NCBI GenBank assembly: GCA_963845755.1
Contig: CAWJTV010000001.1
Location: 192,001 to 256,000 of the forward strand
Length of the DNA: 64,000 nucleotides
From: an uncultured Planctomycetota bacterium
GTDB lineage: Bacteria; Planctomycetota; Planctomycetia; Isosphaerales; Isosphaeraceae
Reading direction: 5' to 3'
Every line of letters starts with the position of its first letter. Positions within the stretch are counted from its first letter, which is position 1. Below the pieces are notes generated by a model. It saw nothing but the letters and a program-made list of their open reading frames with translations, was not told the DNA's origin and did not search any database. Both the position numbers and the translations under genes were made by a program. Shown piece after piece: positions 10,981 to 22,189 of this stretch.

Positions 10981-12687
10981 ATGAAACGATCCGCCGCGCC
11001 AGTGATGCTCATCATGGCGTTGCTGTTCTCCGGTGCCGAGCCTGCCCGGTGCGGGGCTCAGCAGCCGTCATCGGCCATGCCATCGTCGAACCAGCCGCCC
11101 ATGACCGTACCGTCGCAAGCCCAGCCGGGCCGATCGACCGCGCCGAGTACGGCCCTTCCTGGCTCTGTGCCCTCGGTGGCGCCCCTTCAACCGCCGGGCG
11201 AAGGGGCCATGCCGTCGGCCACGGCCCTGGCGCCCGGGGCTGGGGACCTGTCCTTGAAGCTCAAGCCCGCGCCGCTGGACTCGACCGATTTCCGTTTTCC
11301 GATCAATCTCGCCACGGCCTTACGACTCTCCGACGCGCGTCCCCTGATCGTGGCGGCCGCGCAGGCCAGCGTGTGGGTGGCCGAGGCGAAACTGACACGG
11401 GCCAAGGTCCTCTGGGTCCCTCAGCTCAATCTCGGTGCCGATTATATCCGGCACGACGGTGGCGGCCCCGACTTTAACAAGGGCATCATGACCGCGCCGA
11501 GCGTGAACTTCTTCTACGGCGGTGGTGGCATGTGGCAGAACGTCGCCATGACGGATGCCATCTTCCAGCCCCTGGTCGCGCGGCAAGTGCTGAGGTCCCG
11601 TCAGTTCGACATCCAGACCGCGAAGAACGACTCCTTGTTCATGACCGCTAAAGCCTACTTCAGCGTGCACGAGTCTCGGGGGATGTTCGCCGGCGACCTC
11701 TACTGCGTCGAGCGAGGGCACGACCTGATCGAGCGGATCGCCCAATTGAGCCACGAACTGGTCCCCGCGGTCGAAGTGGATCGGGCCAGGAACCTGGTGG
11801 CCGACATCGAGCAGAAGGCCACCATGTCGCGCCAGCGGTGGCGCGAGCACAGCGCCGACCTCACCCAGGTTCTGCGACTGGATCCCCGCGCCGTGGTCGT
11901 CCCGCTGGAGTCCGATCATCTCCAGCTCACCTTGATCGACCCGGCCAGGACGCTCGACGACCTGATCCCCGTCGCTCTCACCAATCGCCCCGAGCTCGCC
12001 GCTCACCAGGCGATGGTCCAGGCGGTGGCGTCGGCGATCCGCCGCGAACGAGGGCGACTCCTGCTCCCCAGCGTCCTGATCAACGGCTTCCAGACCCCCT
12101 ATGAAATGATCCAGGCCGGGATCTTCGGCCTGGGCCCCAACAACCTCATGAACCAGTGGACCGGCCGTATGGACCTGAGCTATCAGGCACTCTGGGAACT
12201 GGAAGCCTTCGGGATCGGCAATCTGGCCCGGATCAAGGAGCAACGTGGTGAACAATCGAAAACCATCATCGAGCTCTTCCAGACCCAGGACCACGTGGCC
12301 GCGGACGTCACCCGCTCCATGGCGCGTCTCCAGTCGGCGACCGCGCGAGTCAGCCAGGCCGATCGCGCCTTGCGCACCGCCATCATCACCTTCAACGGCA
12401 ACTTCGAGGGCCTGAGACACACCACGCGATTTGGCGACGTGCTGGTCCTGGTCAACCGGCCTCAGGAAGTGGTCTTCGCCCTCCAGTTGATGCAGATCGC
12501 CTTCTACGAATACTTCTCCACGGTCGCCGACTATAACCGGGCCCAGTTCGAGGTGTTCCACGCGCTGGGCTACCCTGCCCAGGAAATCACCTATCTCCGG
12601 CCCCCCGGCGACATCCAGCCGGTAGACCTCGCGCGGCCGACCTACCTGCCGGTAGTGGGGAATGGGCCGCCTCCGGCAACTCGTTAG
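10981..12687 (+). CDS. TolC-family outer membrane efflux protein (copy 1)
   Basis: Signal peptide, then PINLATALRL, ALTNRPEL and ADYNRAQF motifs of outer membrane efflux proteins, with a two-repeat organisation. Confidence 0.85.
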   Translation: MKRSAAPVMLIMALLFSGAEPARCGAQQPSSAMPSSNQPPMTVPSQAQPGRSTAPSTALPGSVPSVAPLQPPGEGAMPSATALAPGAGDLSLKLKPAPLDSTDFRFPINLATALRLSDARPLIVAAAQASVWVAEAKLTRAKVLWVPQLNLGADYIRHDGGGPDFNKGIMTAPSVNFFYGGGGMWQNVAMTDAIFQPLVARQVLRSRQFDIQTAKNDSLFMTAKAYFSVHESRGMFAGDLYCVERGHDLIERIAQLSHELVPAVEVDRARNLVADIEQKATMSRQRWREHSADLTQVLRLDPRAVVVPLESDHLQLTLIDPARTLDDLIPVALTNRPELAAHQAMVQAVASAIRRERGRLLLPSVLINGFQTPYEMIQAGIFGLGPNNLMNQWTGRMDLSYQALWELEAFGIGNLARIKEQRGEQSKTIIELFQTQDHVAADVTRSMARLQSATARVSQADRALRTAIITFNGNFEGLRHTTRFGDVLVLVNRPQEVVFALQLMQIAFYEYFSTVADYNRAQFEVFHALGYPAQEITYLRPPGDIQPVDLARPTYLPVVGNGPPPATR

Positions 12688-12995
12688 CGCATCCGCCGCT
12701 TCGACTCGGGTGAAGAAGTCCGAATGCGCCTTTCGCACGCAACCCATGCAAGGGGGATCCCGAATCCCCCAATTCTCCCTCTCGACCCGATCGCCACTGC
12801 CCCCGCAGATGAGATAAGCGATTCATGCCGAACGTCATCTGACCACTCGATCGCGCGCAGCTTGCGAATCGTCGGTTAGACTTAGTGGGGCCGGTCCACG
12901 GCCCGAGATGACGGTCGAGCGGAACCCTGAGCGGACAGCACGCCAGGGTCCATGTGATCGCAACTCTTTAAGGGGGCACACGGATGTTTTCGCGG

Positions 12996-14045
12996 ATGCG
13001 GCACAGTGGCGGAGTCCCATTGACGGCGCTGGTCTTGGGTGTGAGTTCCTGGATCTTCACCAGTTCATCGGCGATAGCCCAAGTAGGAGTTTCCCAAGGT
13101 GATGGCGTTCCCGCCACCGCGTTGGCGGTGACGGGGATCCCGACCGCGCTGCGGGACGATTGGTCCGGCGGCCCAGTCCGATGGAACCCATACGACCCTC
13201 CCGCCACCGGCTACGCGGGGATGGGTGACAGTGTGATCCACTCGTGGCTCTGGGAGCAAGGCGTCGCGTTCGACTACGCGCGGCACCATGCCGTGGGCCC
13301 CGGCTCCCTCGGCTATGCCACCTCGGGCAACGGCGAGTTCGGCGTCTACCCGGGCTTCCATGGCTTTGGCATGTCGTTCAGTCGGGGTTACGGATACGGC
13401 GGCGATGGCCTGGGCGTCGGCGCCAATGGCGGCTATCCGTATTACGGCGGCCCTGGCTATCCTCGTGGCGGCTACTGCTACCCTGGCCCGATGTTTGCCA
13501 GCGAGGGCCCCTTCGGGCCATTCACCGGCCCTCCGCCTTATCCGGAAGCGTACTTCGCCCCCTACACCGCCGCCGCCGCGACGACCGGTTCGGCCAGTGG
13601 CACCGCGCCGTTCGATCCGTTCAGCACGCCTTCCATCGAGGGCGCGCTCCCTCCGTCGGCCTCCTTGGCGCCGGGGCCGAACCCGATTTCCACGGTCCCC
13701 GCGCACTACCGCCTGGGGATCCAGGACGAGTCGGTCGTCAACCCCGACGGGACCCGCGGCTTGAAAATCACCAGCGTGGTCCCCACATCTCCGGCGGACA
13801 AGGCCGGCCTCCAGGCGGGCGACGTCATCCTTTCGATCAATGGCTTTCACACCGATGTACCCGGGAACCTGGTCTGGATCATCGCCAACGAGGCGCCCAA
13901 TAATCTCCTCACGATGACCGTTCGCAAGGTGGGTGATGGCAAGGAGCATCCCGTCATCGTCCAGCTCCCGCCGGTCCCCGTGGACACGTCCCGGCCGTCC
14001 TACCTTCCCCCGGCCGGCAATGGGCCGCCCCCGCCATCCCGCTGA
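12996..14045 (+). CDS. Secreted Gly/Tyr/Pro-rich protein with a C-terminal PDZ domain
   Basis: Signal peptide ends SAIA-Q. LGI...GLKITSVVPTSPADKAGLQAGDVILSING is a PDZ signature. No protease domain is visible. Confidence 0.8.
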   Translation: MRHSGGVPLTALVLGVSSWIFTSSSAIAQVGVSQGDGVPATALAVTGIPTALRDDWSGGPVRWNPYDPPATGYAGMGDSVIHSWLWEQGVAFDYARHHAVGPGSLGYATSGNGEFGVYPGFHGFGMSFSRGYGYGGDGLGVGANGGYPYYGGPGYPRGGYCYPGPMFASEGPFGPFTGPPPYPEAYFAPYTAAAATTGSASGTAPFDPFSTPSIEGALPPSASLAPGPNPISTVPAHYRLGIQDESVVNPDGTRGLKITSVVPTSPADKAGLQAGDVILSINGFHTDVPGNLVWIIANEAPNNLLTMTVRKVGDGKEHPVIVQLPPVPVDTSRPSYLPPAGNGPPPPSR

Positions 14046-14223
14046 GTATCACCAGCGTCTTCTCATGCTGGTATCAGTGAAGAGGATTCTCTTCAATCCG
14101 TTGCGGCAAGATGGGCACGGTTTGCCGATGGTCGCCCCCATTCAAGGGCGTTCGGCAAGCCGTGCCCATCCGGCGTCAGGTCCCGGCTCGACAAGGACGG
14201 AGTTTTCGGCGAGAAGTATTGAT

Positions 14224-14249
14224 TGAACCCCCCCGAATTTCCGACGTAA
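14224..14249 (+). promoter_or_regulatory. ECF sigma-type promoter candidate
   Basis: TGAACC-N15-CGTAA, fitting the AAC/CGT ECF pattern, 44 nt upstream of the 14293 start. Conserved at 17256-17281. Confidence 0.55.
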
Positions 14250-14292
14250 AGAAAACGAGGGGTTTGTATCTACTCGAGCCAAGGGGCCATCC

Positions 14293-15069
14293 ATGCGCCA
14301 ACGTCCGGTCATGAGATTCCTGCCGGATCTCGAGCGATTTGAGGCGAAGCCATTGCTCAGCGCCGGTCCGATGACATCTCACGTCGCGAGTCTCGCGGCC
14401 GGGTCGAAGGGCTCGGCCCTGGATTCGGCGGAGACTTCGGTCGCCCACCGGGCCGCCGTCAAATCGGCCCATGACGCCGGTACGAGGCGACACGGAACCG
14501 CGGGCATCGGGTACCTCGCGTACCGCATCACAAACCCGACCGGTCGGCCCGTTCACCTGATACCCCCCTTCCAGCAGGTCCTGGTCCAAAATGTCCAACC
14601 GGTTCCCGGCAGGACTTACAACGTGCTCTATATCGCCGTGAGGAACGGGACGGCGAAGACCTTCACGGCCAGTGACGGGTTCACCGTACGAATCCCCGGC
14701 AATAGCGGCGGCCACGCCGTGAAGCAAGAGGGATTTCCGGTCCTGACGGGCAATGAGGTGTGGAAGCCGAATACATGGATGGTCTTCTATGTTCTGAGCA
14801 AGAAGTACTACCCGCTGTCGCCGCAGGTTGGAGCGAGTTTCCAGCTCCAGGCGGACGGCCGGTCATCCACGTTGGTGGCGGGTCCATCGGGAATCTTCCT
14901 CCGGCTCAAATATAATCCGGCCACCTTCGCCAGCACTCTCAACTGGATCGTAGCCTTTAGCCAGGGCGCGCAGTTGGGCAACGGTTCGAGAGTGGGCATG
15001 CCGGACACGGCCATCAATGTGCTCGTCTCGGCAGGGACCAACCGGATCGATTTTGGTGGCCACTTCTGA
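14293..15069 (+). CDS. Hypothetical secreted protein with planctomycete N-terminal motif (paralog A)
   Basis: Starts MRQRPVMRFLPDLERFEAKPLLS and is clearly paralogous to 17324..18058. Both end RIDFGGHF. Confidence 0.8.
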   Translation: MRQRPVMRFLPDLERFEAKPLLSAGPMTSHVASLAAGSKGSALDSAETSVAHRAAVKSAHDAGTRRHGTAGIGYLAYRITNPTGRPVHLIPPFQQVLVQNVQPVPGRTYNVLYIAVRNGTAKTFTASDGFTVRIPGNSGGHAVKQEGFPVLTGNEVWKPNTWMVFYVLSKKYYPLSPQVGASFQLQADGRSSTLVAGPSGIFLRLKYNPATFASTLNWIVAFSQGAQLGNGSRVGMPDTAINVLVSAGTNRIDFGGHF

Positions 15070-15100
15070 TCGGCCCCTCACGCGGCCAATGAATAATCCA

Positions 15101-15148
15101 ACGGCCCGGCCCAGGGCCATCCCCCTGGGACGGGCCGTCATCGTTTTC
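15101..15148 (+). terminator. Probable intrinsic terminator hairpin
   Basis: Stem ACGGCCCG.CCCAGGG...CCCTGGG.CGGGCCGT followed by CATCGTTTTC, just after the 15069 stop. Confidence 0.5.
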
Positions 15149-15182
15149 GCGCGAACGCGAGGCGTGGCAAGGGAGTAAACCA

Positions 15183-15251
15183 GGGGATGGCGAGTCCTGC
15201 ATTGTCTTCCAATCGAGAATCCTGGGTCGAGTCCGGCATTTCCGATCATCC
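15183..15251 (+). promoter_or_regulatory. Conserved upstream element of TolC gene 2
   Basis: Gap-free block conservation with 10809-10877 (offset 4374). Confidence 0.6.
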
Positions 15252-15351
15252 CGCCCACGACGGTTTGTCGATGAATCCCCAAGAACGCGCTCAACCGGAG
15301 TGGCCGATATGATCGTCGCCGAAGAACCCGTGTTGGAGAGAGGTTTGTACG

Positions 15352-17179
15352 ATGGAACGATCCGCCTGGCCATTGATCGTCCTCGTGGTCTTGGTGTTCA
15401 TCTGGGTCGGACCTCTACCATGTGTGGCACAGACGCAGACCCTGCCCGTGCCCAGGTCGTCACCACCGACTCAATCGGCCTCGCCGACATCCAGCGCCGC
15501 CGAGGTCTCGATCCCGCCGCCTCGCGACTTTTCCCGAACGGGCGGATCGTCCTCTGCAGCGGCGCCGGCATCTCGGGTCGCCGTGCCGGCGCCGCGCCGC
15601 GTCCTCCTGGCTACGAACGGATCGTCCTCGGCGACGGCGACGTCGGCCGGCAGCACCCAGCCGGCGCCGGACGCGGTTCAAGGAACAGGAGAAGCGATCG
15701 TGCCGTCCACTTCGGCCCTCGCTCCCGTTCAGGGCGAGCTGGCCTTGAAGTTAAAGCCGGCGCCGCTGGAGCCGACCGACCTCCACTTTCCCATCAACCT
15801 CGCCACGGCGTTGCGTCTCTCCGATGCCCGGCCGCTGATCGTGGCCGCCGCGCAGGCCAGTGTGTGGGTGGCCGAAGCACAGCTCACACGGGCCAAGGTC
15901 CTCTGGGTTCCTACCCTCATGGTGGGTGCCGATTATATCCGGCACGACGGCGGTGGTCCGGATTTTAACAAGGGCATCATGACTGCGCCGAGCGTGAACT
16001 TCTTGTACGCCGGTGCGGGTGCGGACCAGTACGTCGCCGTGACCGATGCCATCTTCCAGCCGTTGGTCGCGCGGCAGGTCCTCAAGGCAAGGCAATGGGA
16101 CATCCAGTCGGCCAAGAACGATGCCCTGCTCCAGACCGCCGAGTCCTACTTCAACGTGCATCAGCATCGGGGCAAGTTTGCCGGCGCACTCTACTGCGTC
16201 GAGCGGGGGCACGACCTGGTCGAGCGGATCGCGCAATTGAGCCGGGAACTGGTCCCGACGGTCGAGGTGGATCGGGCCCGGAACATGGTGGCCGACCTCG
16301 AGCAGCAGGCCACATCCGCCCGGGAGGCCTGGCGCGTCAACAGCGCCAACCTCACCCAGGTCCTGCGGCTGGATCCCCGCGCCGTGGTGATGCCGCTGGA
16401 GCACGATCACCTCCAGCTCACCTTGATCGACCCGGCAATGGCGCTCCACGACCTTCAGCAGATGGCCTTGACCAACCGCCCCGAGCTCGCCTCGCTCCGG
16501 GCGATGGTTGAGGCGGCCGATGTGAAGATTCGCCGGGAGAAGTTGCGGCCGTTCCTGCCCATCGTCATGATCAATGGCTTCCAGAGCGCCGGCATGTATC
16601 TCCAGGCCGGAATCTTCGGCCTCGGGCCCGAACAGCGCCATGAACCAATACACCGGTCGCGTCGACACCAGCTTTCAGCTCATCTGGCAATTCGACGCCT
16701 TCGGAATCGGAAACCTCGCGCGGGTCAAGGAGCAGCGCGGTGGTCAGTCGGAGGCCATCATCCAGCTCTTCAGGAGCCAGGACATGGTCTCGGCCGAAGT
16801 GATGCGGTCCCTGGCGAGTCTCCAGTCGGCGACGGCCCGGGTCACCCAGGCCGACCGCGCCCTGCGCACCGCCATCATCACCTTCAACGGCAACTTCGAG
16901 GGCCTACGGCATACGACCCGCTTCGGCGACATCCTGGTCCTGGTCAATCGGCCGCAGGAAGCCGTCTACGCGCTCGAGCTGATGAAGCTCGCCTTCGACG
17001 AGTACTTCACCACGGTCGCGGAATACAACAAGTCGCAGTTCCAGCTCTTCCACGCGGTGGGTTACCCCGCCCGCGAGATCGCCGATCTCCATCCCCCCGG
17101 CGATATCCTGCCGGTCGAGACGGCGCGGCCGGCCTACCTGCCCGTCGTGGGCAATGGGCCGCCCCCGACAACACGCTGA
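15352..17179 (+). CDS. TolC-family outer membrane efflux protein (copy 2); frameshift near 16626
   Basis: Highly similar to copy 1. ORFs 15352.. and 16574..17179 join at GIFGLGP|NSAMNQYTG (one extra base). Confidence 0.82.
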
Positions 17180-17255
17180 AACATCGGCCTTCTGGCGGGC
17201 TTGGCCCCCCCATCAACGAAGTAATGCCCCTCGGCTCGGAACTTCTTGGCGCGAA

Positions 17256-17281
17256 CGAACCGCCACGGATTTCCGACGTAT
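17256..17281 (+). promoter_or_regulatory. ECF sigma-type promoter candidate
   Basis: CGAACC-N15-CGTAT, sharing ATTTCCGACGTA with the site at 14224-14249. Confidence 0.55.
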
Positions 17282-17323
17282 TGAGAGGAGAGACTCTCGT
17301 TCTCTCCAGCCGAGGCTTCATCT

Positions 17324-18058
17324 ATGCGCCAGCGCCCGATGTTGAAATTCCGTCCAGGTCTCGAGCAATTGGATCACAGGCAACTCCTCAGCGCCGGCGG
17401 ATTGGCGAGCCTCGCGAACCACTCGAGGGACCCAACAGTTCACTCGGCCGATCAGTCGCGTGCTCGCGCGTCAGACGGTGACATCACCAGTAGTCGATCC
17501 GCACTCCCGACTGGGTTCCTCGCGTTCCGCATCACCAATCCGACGCATCAGATCCCCGTTGATCTGGTTCCTCCATTTCAGCAAGACCTGGTCCAATCGC
17601 GCCATCCCGTGCCCGGCGAGGTCTACAACGTGCTTTATGTCGCCGTGAAGAACGGGACTTCCCAGACCTTCAGCGCCAGCAACCGCTTTACCGTCAGGAT
17701 GACGAATCAGCCCCGCTCCGTCGCCTTCCCGATGCTGACGGGGACCCAGCAGTGGAAGCCGGGCCAGTGGATGGTGCTCTACATCCTGACCAAGAAGTAC
17801 TATCCGGTGTCGCCCGTGGCCGGCGGCTTCCAGCTCGATGCCGGCGGTCGGTCCTCGACGCTCGTGCCGGGACCGTCGGGGATTTTTCTTCGGCTGACCT
17901 ATAATCCCTCCACGTTCGCCAGGACCCTCAATTGGATCGTCGCCTATGGCCCGGGCGCGGAGTCGGGCGCGGGCCCGAAACTTGGCCTGCCTGACACGGC
18001 CATCAACGAGCTCGTCGCCGCCCGGACCCACCGCATCGATTTCGGCGGGCATTTCTGA
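17324..18058 (+). CDS. Hypothetical secreted protein with planctomycete N-terminal motif (paralog B)
   Basis: Starts MRQRPMLKFRPGLEQLDHRQLLS. Shares RITNPT, PPFQQ, YNVLY, KKYYP, GPSGIFLRL and RIDFGGHF with paralog A. Confidence 0.8.
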   Translation: MRQRPMLKFRPGLEQLDHRQLLSAGGLASLANHSRDPTVHSADQSRARASDGDITSSRSALPTGFLAFRITNPTHQIPVDLVPPFQQDLVQSRHPVPGEVYNVLYVAVKNGTSQTFSASNRFTVRMTNQPRSVAFPMLTGTQQWKPGQWMVLYILTKKYYPVSPVAGGFQLDAGGRSSTLVPGPSGIFLRLTYNPSTFARTLNWIVAYGPGAESGAGPKLGLPDTAINELVAARTHRIDFGGHF

Positions 18059-18074
18059 GGGACCGATCACGACC

Positions 18075-19208
18075 TCATACGCTGACGATCACCACATCGA
18101 TCCCATCGACAGTGCGGAGGAGCCGTTCGAGGATCGAGCCGTGCAGGAGGCGGTGATACCAGGGCTGGCGACTCTGGCCCATGAGGATCACGCGGATGCT
18201 ATATTCCCGCGCGAAGGCCAGGATCGTCCTGACCACGTCCGGCCCGCGGAACGTCATGGGCACGCCTCCGAGCTGTTGCGCGAGTTCCAGGCTCTTGCTG
18301 ATGGCTCGTTGCGTCGCGGCATCGATCCGCGTCAGGTCCTCGGCCGGCGTCTGGATATAGACGGCGTACCACGGAGCATTCAACCGATCGGCCAGCCGGG
18401 CGGCCTTGCGGAGCAGGGCCGGAGCATTCGGGCTGCGGCTCGACAGGCCGACCATCAACCGGTCGGTCACCGACACGGGCGCGCGGTCGGCCTCGGCACG
18501 ACGGCCGCGACGGTCGATCAGGTGGGCCATCTCCGTCAGTGTGATCTCTCGCAGCCGGGTCAGGTTGCCCTGGGTGAAGAAATTCGCCAGTGCCCGCTCG
18601 GCGCGCTCCGGAGGGTAGACCTTGCCCGCCCGCAGGCGTTCCAGCAGGTCCTCGGTCGAGACGTCGATATTGACGATCTGATCGGCCTCCCCCAGCACCG
18701 AGTCGGGCAGTCGCTCCTTGATCTTCACCCCCGTGGCCCGCTCGACCTCATCGTAGAGGCTCTCCAGGTGCTGGATGTTGACCGTGGAGATCACATGGAT
18801 TCCGGCCCGCATCAACTCCTCGACATCCTGATAGCGCTTGGAATGGCGGCTGCCAGGGGCATTGGTGTGCGCCAATTCGTCGACCAGGCACACCGTCGGC
18901 CGACGGGCGAGGATCGCATCCAGGTCCATCTCGCGCAGCGTCACGCCCCGATACTCGATCGAGCGGGGTGGGATGAGCTCCAGGTCTCCGATCTGCTCGG
19001 CGGTCTCGGCGCGGCCATGCGTCTCGATCAGGCCGATTGCGACGTCGAGGCCCTGCTGCTTGAGCCGGTGCCCTTCGCGGAGCATGGCATAGGTCTTGCC
19101 AACGCCCGCGGCGGAGCCCAGGTAGACCTTCAGCCGGCCGCGTTCCTGGCGGCGGATCAGGCTGAGGAACTGCTCCGGGGTCGGACGGCTGGGTTCGACG
19201 ATGGCCAT
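18075..19208 (-). CDS. kdpD: KdpD N-terminal (KdpD + USP) protein lacking transmembrane and kinase domains
   Basis: GRLKVYLGSAAGVGKTYAML, LVDELAHTN and RYQDVEEL, followed by a USP domain and a stop. Confidence 0.88.
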   Translation of the reverse strand: MAIVEPSRPTPEQFLSLIRRQERGRLKVYLGSAAGVGKTYAMLREGHRLKQQGLDVAIGLIETHGRAETAEQIGDLELIPPRSIEYRGVTLREMDLDAILARRPTVCLVDELAHTNAPGSRHSKRYQDVEELMRAGIHVISTVNIQHLESLYDEVERATGVKIKERLPDSVLGEADQIVNIDVSTEDLLERLRAGKVYPPERAERALANFFTQGNLTRLREITLTEMAHLIDRRGRRAEADRAPVSVTDRLMVGLSSRSPNAPALLRKAARLADRLNAPWYAVYIQTPAEDLTRIDAATQRAISKSLELAQQLGGVPMTFRGPDVVRTILAFAREYSIRVILMGQSRQPWYHRLLHGSILERLLRTVDGIDVVIVSV

Positions 19209-19225
19209 GACCGGACCTCCGAGGA

Positions 19226-19792
19226 TCACTTCGGGGGCGTCGCATCGTCCAGGGCCAGATTGAGCCGCAACACGTTCACCCGTGGCGGGGCACCGACTAT
19301 CGCCCCGGATCGCTCGATGTGGGCCGCCATTTGCGCGCGCAGTCGATCCTCCGTCAACCCTCGGGCCGCGGCCACGCGCCCGAGCTGATACTCGGCCGCC
19401 TCGAGGCTGATGTGCGGATCCAGGCCCGAGCCGGAGGCCATCACCAGGTCCACCGGAGCCGGCTTCTCCCTGCTGGCCTTCACGGCCTCGGCCCGCTCGG
19501 CAATCTTCTTGCGCAAGTCCGGGTTCTTGGGACCGAGGTTCGATCCTCCCGTCGCGTCCGCCTTGTAATCGACGGCGGACGGCCGAGGATGAAAGTAACG
19601 ATCGGAGGCGAACGGCTGGGCCACAAGGTCCGAACCGATCACGATCCCCTCACGATCCGAGATGGGACTTCCTTCGGCCTGATGCGGGAAGGCCAGGTGG
19701 GCCAGTCCCCAGACCGCAACCGGATAAGCGGCGGCACACAGCACGAAAGTCACTGAGCAGGCGAGCAACGCCGTCTTGATTTCGCGAATCAT
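19226..19792 (-). CDS. kdpC: K+-transporting ATPase subunit C
   Basis: YFHPRPSA, GGSNLGP, DLVMASGSGLDPHIS and VNVLRLNLALD motifs. Confidence 0.93.
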   Translation of the reverse strand: MIREIKTALLACSVTFVLCAAAYPVAVWGLAHLAFPHQAEGSPISDREGIVIGSDLVAQPFASDRYFHPRPSAVDYKADATGGSNLGPKNPDLRKKIAERAEAVKASREKPAPVDLVMASGSGLDPHISLEAAEYQLGRVAAARGLTEDRLRAQMAAHIERSGAIVGAPPRVNVLRLNLALDDATPPK

Positions 19793-19966
19793 CACGCAGA
19801 GTCTCCGATCGGGCCGCTGGAATTGCCGGAGGGGGCCGAAGAGCCGCGCTCCTGAGAACAGGTGGAGGAACAGGTGGAGCAACCGTACACTAGTTTCATC
19901 GGCGTCAATACAATAAATAAAATATTTTAATGATTACATTTATCAACATGAAGCTTTTGAACCGCA

Positions 19967-22106
<2,140 letters not shown>

Positions 22107-22189
22107 CGAAACATCTCCTCCATTCTTCCGAGTTCAGTCTTTTGTTCACAATTTACTTGCATCGGGCACGCCGGAGCGAAGCGCCTGAG

